Positions 58,150 through 64,000 of a stretch of 64,000 nt of DNA are shown in pieces (the stretch's first letter is position 1; every line of letters starts with the position of its first letter). The stretch spans positions 81,880,397 through 81,944,396 of the forward strand of contig CM097887.1 of assembly GCA_044892525.1 (NCBI GenBank). Direction: 5' to 3'. This DNA comes from Schmidtea polychroa (taxonomy: Eukaryota). A program made the translations under genes and the position numbers. The notes beneath the pieces are model-generated. The model had not been told where the DNA came from. It worked only from the letters and a program-made list of their open reading frames with translations, and did not search any database.

Positions 58150-58432
58150 CAAACCAACAATCAGATACCAACTACAAGATACTAACAACTTAGTTTCATC
58201 AACAATTAACTTACAAACAGGTATTTACAACCAGATACCTACAACTAGATACTAACAACCAGTTACCTGCTACCAAGTACTTACAACAAGATACCAAGTA
58301 CCAACAACCAGCTAACTACCATCTACCAAGTACCATGTACTAACAACAACCAAGTACTAAGTATTTACACCCTGCTACCTGATACTAACAACCAAGTGCA
58401 AGATACCAAGTACAAAGTACTTACAACCAGAT
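58150..58432. repeat. C/A-rich short tandem repeat
   Basis: Recurring ACAACCAG, ACAAGATAC and CCAAGTAC motifs. Confidence 0.7.
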
Positions 58433-58601
58433 GACCACATTAAATTATTGGTTAAATACGTAAATTAATGTTTAATTTTTAAATTAAGTAATCAATGATC
58501 TAAAATATTAAAGTTAAAGATGAAAGTTTTTCTGGGATTTTCAATGTTAATTATAGATGCAAATCTCTGTGAATAAATCAATGACCACATGAAATTATTG
58601 G

Positions 58602-59655
58602 TTAAATATGAAAATAAGGGTTATATTTAGTTGTTAAGTAAATTATGGTGTTAAATAAATTAATATTTAAAGTAATTGTTTTTAATATTTCTTTATTTAA
58701 TGAGAAGTCGTTTTGTATTAAATCGTAATAAACTTTCTGTAATGTCGTTTGTCCTCGGTGAAATAGAAAATCCATTTTATTATTCGCATATAGATACAAT
58801 TTTATATCCTCTGTGGCTATCTTCCCCAGTGCTTTATCTATTGTTTGCCTTGACATAAAAATGCCTGCGTAGTTTGTTTTGTATACAATGCTATCGCACT
58901 TGATGACCTCCTACGTTTTCCGCTGCCCTACATATTGGGTTCGTTTTCATCTAGTAATTGTTGGCATCAAATTGGGCTTCATATTCTTTTAACTCCACTG
59001 CGTATGACTCGATTACTACCGCTCTGGTTACTAACTCTCCTCTGATTTTGTAAGATCCACCATTACATGACCCATCGGTTGCTTTAACCCGTCCGGCTAT
59101 AAAAATACTTTCCGTTTTAATCATTCCGCTTTGTCTGTGTATTGTTACTCCGTCTCTGATATTCATTGCTCCCGCTCTGAAGAGTTCCTTGCAATCCTCC
59201 CCTTGAACCTTCACTATTTCTCTATCCAAACCTGGTAATATGATTGTTGAGTAGGAATGTTGGCTGCAGTAATATGCCAGTATTCGTTTCGTTACTACGC
59301 ATTCTCTTGCTTTTGCTCGGATAAAATCGGATTCCTGGTATACGTAGTATGTGACTTTGCTTTTCACTGTCTCTAACTTGTTTGGTGACGCTTTTCTGCA
59401 TTCCTCTATATCCATCAATGAATATTTCTCTCCCATCATCGAATTGTCACAATCATATATCATAAATCCTGTTGCACCATTTGTACACAACATCCATATC
59501 ATTATGGTCATCATTAATGAATTAATTGATGCTTTTCTGCTAGATGGATCTCTCATTGGTAGTTCCCGTTCTAATTCGTTTAACAACTTTTTAAATCTAA
59601 TTTGCATTGATCTTTCTTGTTCTGTTTTTCGTGGTGCTTGATAAGCCTTTTCCAC
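58602..59655 (-). pseudogene. Second chuvirus-type glycoprotein remnant (N-terminal half), opposite strand
   Basis: Hydrophobic IMIWMLC then GFMIYDC..YSLMDIEEC..ECVVTKRILAYYCSQHS; later YANNKMDFL..VYYDLIQNDFSLNKEIL, homologous to 54308-54574. Confidence 0.72.
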
Positions 59656-59843
59656 CCTCCGGCGTGGATAATATGTGGTTCAATTGTATTCTCAATGATT
59701 GTCACTGTCATTTCTACGTGATTTATGAATTGTTTATTGGGCAGTTTTCTTGCTGCTAATCCCATCAGGTTGTACATCAAATATGTTATTACAATCAAAT
59801 GATGTTCATCATCGTTTGCGTACAGCGTGATCTGTTTTATCAC
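59580..59843 (-). pseudogene. Bcl-2-like (BH2-like) segment upstream of env in the retroelement fragment
   Basis: TIEPHIIHAGGWKRL resembles BH2 (L-x-x-W-I-x-x-x-G-G-W) and is preceded by amphipathic helices; BH1 is not clearly conserved. Confidence 0.4.
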
Positions 59844-60799
59844 TTTTCGCGTCTCTTCCCAATCTGTTTTGTTGGTTTTTGTTTTCTCTTATCAATTTTG
59901 CGATTATCCCTGATACGATGTTCCATAATTGTCTTGCTTCTACGCTTGCTACTTTACGTTGCCATAATCGTCTTAATTGTGAGTTTGTTATTATTAGTTT
60001 TTCTAATCTTACGGTTCCTTGCTCCTGTTTCAATTGTTCTTTGGTTTTGAATTTCGGTTTTTCTCCTTGCTTCTTGGGTCTTCCTTTTGCCCGTTTTTCC
60101 ATTGTTGTTCCCATTTCTCTTGTGGTTTCATAACTTGGATTTTTCTCATTGTCTGTTCTTCGCAGTGAACTATCGTCATTTCTCAACCACTCATTCCATT
60201 CATTTATTATTTTTCATATTTTCCTTCTGTTGGTAATTTTGTGAGTTTTTTGGTCTCTGGGATTGTTTATCTCTTTCCGTTTCTGTCGTGTTGTCAATTA
60301 TTTCCTCAATACTTACTTGATTTGGTTGTCGAAGGTCTGCTTGTTGTCCATATTTCCGCTCCTGTTGGCCATCTTACTAGTATTGGTGATCTTTCCCTCG
60401 CTTCTTCAACACTATCTTTCAATATAATTTCATCAATCTACTCAGTCTCATTTGATTTGCTTGGTTCTTTGTTAGGACTTGGCGTACTCAAGCTTCCTTT
60501 TGTTGGCTTGCTGTTTTTACTTTTTCTTTTCATTGATTTTCCCAAGGTTTCTGCCATCGTTAATACATTTATTTTCCCTAAATTCATGGCTGTTATACCC
60601 ACGTCCATATTATCGTCTAATGATCGTCCTTTTCGTTGTAAATGGAATGGGGTTTCAATAGATGGATTGGGCACCGCTGGCACAGGGCACCGCTGGCACA
60701 GGGCATCGCTAGCACAGTACCCCCCCCCCTCCCCCCGGTCGTCATATTTTTCAAAAATATGCTAAGTCTAAAAGTACATTTTTTTTAAACAAAGACATA

Positions 60800-61393
60800 T
60801 GACTAATCAAGGTCATTGAAACAAAGACCATGACTCATAGTATGACTCATCAAGGTCATTTTCAAGGTCTTATGACTCATAATATGACTCATCGAGGTCA
60901 AAAAATTTTCAAGGTCATTTAAACAAAGACCATGACTCATCAAGGTCATTTTCAAGGTCATATGACTCATACTATGACTCATATGGCCTTGAAAATTTTC
61001 CCCCAAGGCCATATGACTCATAGTATGACTCATCAAAATTTTCAAGGTCATTTAAACAAAGACCATGACTCATAATATGACTCATCAAGGTCATTTTCAA
61101 GGCCATGTGATTCATACAATGACTCACCGAGGTCATTTTCAAGGTCATGTGAGTCATAGTATGAGTCATATGAACTTGAAAAATTTTCTCAAGGTCATAT
61201 GACTCATACTATGACTCATCGGAATTTTTCAAGGTCATATGACTCATACCGTGACTCATCAAAAATTTTCAAGGTCATTTTCAAGGTCATCTGAGTCATG
61301 CTATGACTCATCAAGGTCATTTTCAAGGTCGCATGACTCATCCAAGGTCATTCCCAAGGTCATATGAGTCATCGCGATGAGTCATCAAGGTCA
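60800..61393. repeat. Tandem repeat of TGA(C/G)TCA and TCAAGGTCA motifs
   Basis: Manual count about 23 TGA(C/G)TCA and about 14 TCAAGGTCA in ~600 bp. Confidence 0.9.
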
Positions 61394-61527
61394 TATTATT
61401 ATTTTTAAAAAATATTATTATTTTTATTATTATTTTTAAAAATATTATTATTTTATTTTTAATTTTTTCAAAGTTCCCACCAACGAAAATTTATAATCGA
61501 TAGCTCATTTTAAAGCTCAATCCAAGA

Positions 61528-61684
61528 NNNNNNNNNNNNNNNNNNNNNNNNNNNNNNNNNNNNNNNNNNNNNNNNNNNNNNNNNNNNNNNNNNNNNNNNN
61601 NNNNNNNNNNNNNNNNNNNNNNNNNNNNNNNNNNNNNNNNNNNNNNNNNNNNNNNNNNNNNNNNNNNNNNNNNNNNNNNNNNNN
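61528..61684. other. Assembly gap (157 N)
   Basis: Run of n. Confidence 1.
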
Positions 61685-61786
61685 CTATATACTCCTAGTC
61701 TATCCGACAAAATATTTTGTCCCCCTATGGGTAATGCTCACAAGGGTACTGGTCACGCTCAACAAATCAACAAAACATACATTTAT

Positions 61787-62284
61787 TTAAACAATAAAAT
61801 AATGTAAAATTAACAAAGGTAAACTAAATATTGATGTACTATTCGCAGCAATATTGTTTGAAATTGGTAACGTAGAATTGATTTTCAGAGATTCTATTGA
61901 TCCTTTGATTGTTTGAATTTCTCTTAATAATAATTCAATGTTTTTTAACAAATAATCATGCTTCTTATCAATTATTTTCATATTCATTTTATTTTCAACA
62001 ATAGAGTTATTGAAAACCTTAATATGATCAATCAATTCAAATTTTATATTTTGTATATATTCAAATGATAGTTCATAACTGTTTTCTAAATTCTCCAATC
62101 TTTGAGATATTCTTTTTCCTGGATGCTTTGACCATTTTGGTTTGTCGAGAATATATAAAATATCCATCAACTTGGCTGTATTCGGACAAACACATATTGA
62201 TTTATTAAAAGACTCCACTGTTATTGTTGTATTGTGTGAGCACACACTCGTTATAATAATTAGCAATATGAATATAGTTTTCAT
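61787..62284 (-). CDS. Small putative membrane or GPI-anchored glycoprotein, 165 aa
   Basis: Signal-peptide-like MKTIFILLIIITSVCS, N-x-S/T sequons, heptad coiled-coil pattern, hydrophobic C-terminus. Confidence 0.6.
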   Translation of the reverse strand: MKTIFILLIIITSVCSHNTTITVESFNKSICVCPNTAKLMDILYILDKPKWSKHPGKRISQRLENLENSYELSFEYIQNIKFELIDHIKVFNNSIVENKMNMKIIDKKHDYLLKNIELLLREIQTIKGSIESLKINSTLPISNNIAANSTSIFSLPLLILHYFIV

Positions 62285-62389
62285 GGTGTATCAAATCAAA
62301 ACCTTTCTTTTACATTTATAGTCTATCAACCAATCAAAATCATCCGGTATTAGTATAAATAAAACATCATATTTTAAATTATTGTAAAA

Positions 62390-62910
62390 ATGTCTCAATT
62401 TATGGAAAATCTTTTAAGAGAACTCGTCAACAGGAATATTATGGAAAGCCTATGTTTCCTGGTCGATCGGACCGAAAAGATTATAGAAGGTAATCACATT
62501 GATTATGAAGATGTGATCAATTCTGATTGTCTCGAAACCAAAAAATTCTATTTTAATAGAATTTTTAACTGTCTATGCGACGATCAGATGAAGTGGACCC
62601 GAATACTAGTAGGGTTCGCTTATATGAAAATAATAATCCAAAGAAGTCTATAGGACTCAGAGCACTATTATCAGTGGTCTCAAGAAGTAATACTTTTATA
62701 ATTTATATTTTATTAATATTTATTTTCTAGATAATCAAGTCAAAGTTTCAACCATGGATTGAAGCCAATGGCGGATGGGGAGTACTCAATCAACTCGCCA
62801 GAAATGCGAAGGAAATTGATGATCAGAAAAGAAAATTTAAAAACTATGTAAAACTTGCAACAGGTGTTGCTATTTTGTATATTTTAACCAGATTTTTAAA
62901 TAAAAATTAA
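62390..62910 (+). pseudogene. Bcl-2 family gene, join(62390-62686,62731-62910), with an in-frame TAG at 62651-62653
   Basis: BH1-like LCDDQMKWTRILVGFAY; a 44-nt GT..AG intron puts BH2 FQPWIEANGGW and the tail anchor VKLATGVAILYILTRF in frame (158 codons). Confidence 0.75.
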
Positions 62911-62993
62911 TATAGTTATTTTTGTTTGATTTTTAAATAAATTTTTAAATAACATTTTAAATAAATTTACAAACACTAATTAACTAAGATTTA

Positions 62994-63403
62994 TTAATTA
63001 ACACATTCGCAGTCGTCATCTCCACATTTCATTATATTTTCAACGACATGATCAATACAATCATTCGTAATATTATCTTTAGATTCATCTTTAGGTTCCT
63101 CTATAGGTTCCTCTATAGGTTCCTCTATAGGTTCCTCTATAGGTTCATCTATAGGTTCATAGATTTCCTCATCAATTTCTTGAGTATCGGTTTCTTGAGT
63201 TTCTTCCTCATCATCAAATCCTGTATCTTGACTCTCAACTAACCAGCCGATATTTAAGGCATTTGTAATAGATAATATGTCCTCAATTTTCACACCAGAT
63301 ATTTCTGCTAACTTTTCCAACAAAAAGTTGATTAAAAATTCTAAATAATAAATAATTCGGTAATTAATTAATCATGTTAACCTTTTTCTGCAGTCATTTT
63401 CAT
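62994..63403 (-). CDS. Small acidic protein with EEPI repeats, complement(join(62994-63340,63382-63403))
   Basis: A 41-nt GT..AG intron (63341-63381) links MKMTAEK to EFLINFLLEKLAE in frame; 12-bp repeats encode (EEPI)n; C-terminal CGDDDCEC. Confidence 0.55.
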
Positions 63404-63529
63404 TACTTTAAAACTATATTATAAGTTTGTTTATAGATTTTCTTTGTTAAATTTGCATGTCATTTGCATTTATGTTGCAATTAATAAAGAGAAAAACAAA
63501 TCTGACTAATACATTTATTAAATATAACA

Positions 63530-63940
63530 TTAAAATATTTGTGAAAGTCTAGCAGACATAATTTTCCAAATAGGAGAATATACATCATTATTATCAACTT
63601 TATATCCCTGGATTGCAATTGTTATATACCAATTTTCATTTTCTTTGAAACTGATTTCATCAAAAGCATCATAAAATCTTGCATATTTATTGTTGAACCA
63701 TGCATGTTGATTACACGATAGATTCGAATCTATCCGTTTAAAAACATCATCAATAGTTTTGACATCAATCATTGAAAGCGTGCCGGATAAGAATTCAAAT
63801 TTAGTTGGAATTAGCTTGACTGGTGCAACCAATTTCATATTGATTTCTTCTTTCAAAAAATACATTTTGTAGTTGTGGAACATTTGAACTGGTTGTACCA
63901 TTTCTTTAGGTTTTTCGGTGCTTGAAATTTTCTTGGTCAT
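63530..63940 (-). CDS. Hypothetical 136-aa protein, possibly OB-fold or viral ssDNA-binding-like
   Basis: ATG-initiated ORF; beta-rich C-terminus ITIAIQGYKV..SPIWKI loosely recalls DUF2738-type proteins (weak). Confidence 0.45.
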   Translation of the reverse strand: MTKKISSTEKPKEMVQPVQMFHNYKMYFLKEEINMKLVAPVKLIPTKFEFLSGTLSMIDVKTIDDVFKRIDSNLSCNQHAWFNNKYARFYDAFDEISFKENENWYITIAIQGYKVDNNDVYSPIWKIMSARLSQIF

Positions 63941-64000
63941 CGTGAATAATGAATAAATTTAAATGTTACAGGGTTTTTATACCTTTGACTCATGCTTATC

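Noticed and set aside
60241-61169. ORFs 60241-60765 (+), 60803-61051 (-) and 60972-61169 (-)
   Set aside because: The first is antisense to the minus-strand retroelement frame; the others are translations of the TGACTCA repeat.
61510-61710. 66-aa ORF of X residues
   Set aside because: Artefact of the N gap.
62609-62653. Alternative 45-nt intron that would remove the TAG from the Bcl-2 gene
   Set aside because: Weak donor (GTAGGG), and it would delete the BH1-like VGFAY helix.

Overview
AT-rich eukaryotic DNA, probably a planarian such as Schmidtea (inferred from base composition and element types, not proven). (1) 1-24.6 kb is a 258-bp tandem array of tRNA-Thr(AGT) genes invaded by a ~7.3-kb NeSL/R5-type non-LTR retrotransposon. 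There are three full-length copies, the 3' end of a fourth and a 5' fragment of a fifth. Every 3' end joins the tRNA at the same base, just 5' of the anticodon loop, and there are no TSDs. The element has no 5' UTR of its own: ORF1's ATG is fused to the tRNA D-loop. ORF1 (758 aa, unknown) and ORF2 (Ulp1/C48 protease, two degenerate protease-like repeats, RT, CCHC, restriction-like endonuclease) are in the same frame, separated by one UGA followed by a strong hairpin, which suggests programmed readthrough. (2) 24.2-48.7 kb is an array of 11 nearly identical 1915-bp units built from ORF1 remnants, an intron-bearing mini-ORF, element 3' ends and tRNA 3' halves. The last unit is interrupted by a Mutator/MULE transposon with a 9-bp TSD. 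(3) 49.7-60.7 kb holds degenerate Ty3/gypsy remnants (gag, chuvirus-type glycoprotein, protease, RT, a Bcl-2-like patch) and minisatellites. (4) 60.8-64 kb holds an AP-1/NR5A-motif repeat, a 157-N gap and a compact virus-like cluster of four small genes, including an intron-containing Bcl-2 homologue. All alignments and folds were done by eye.
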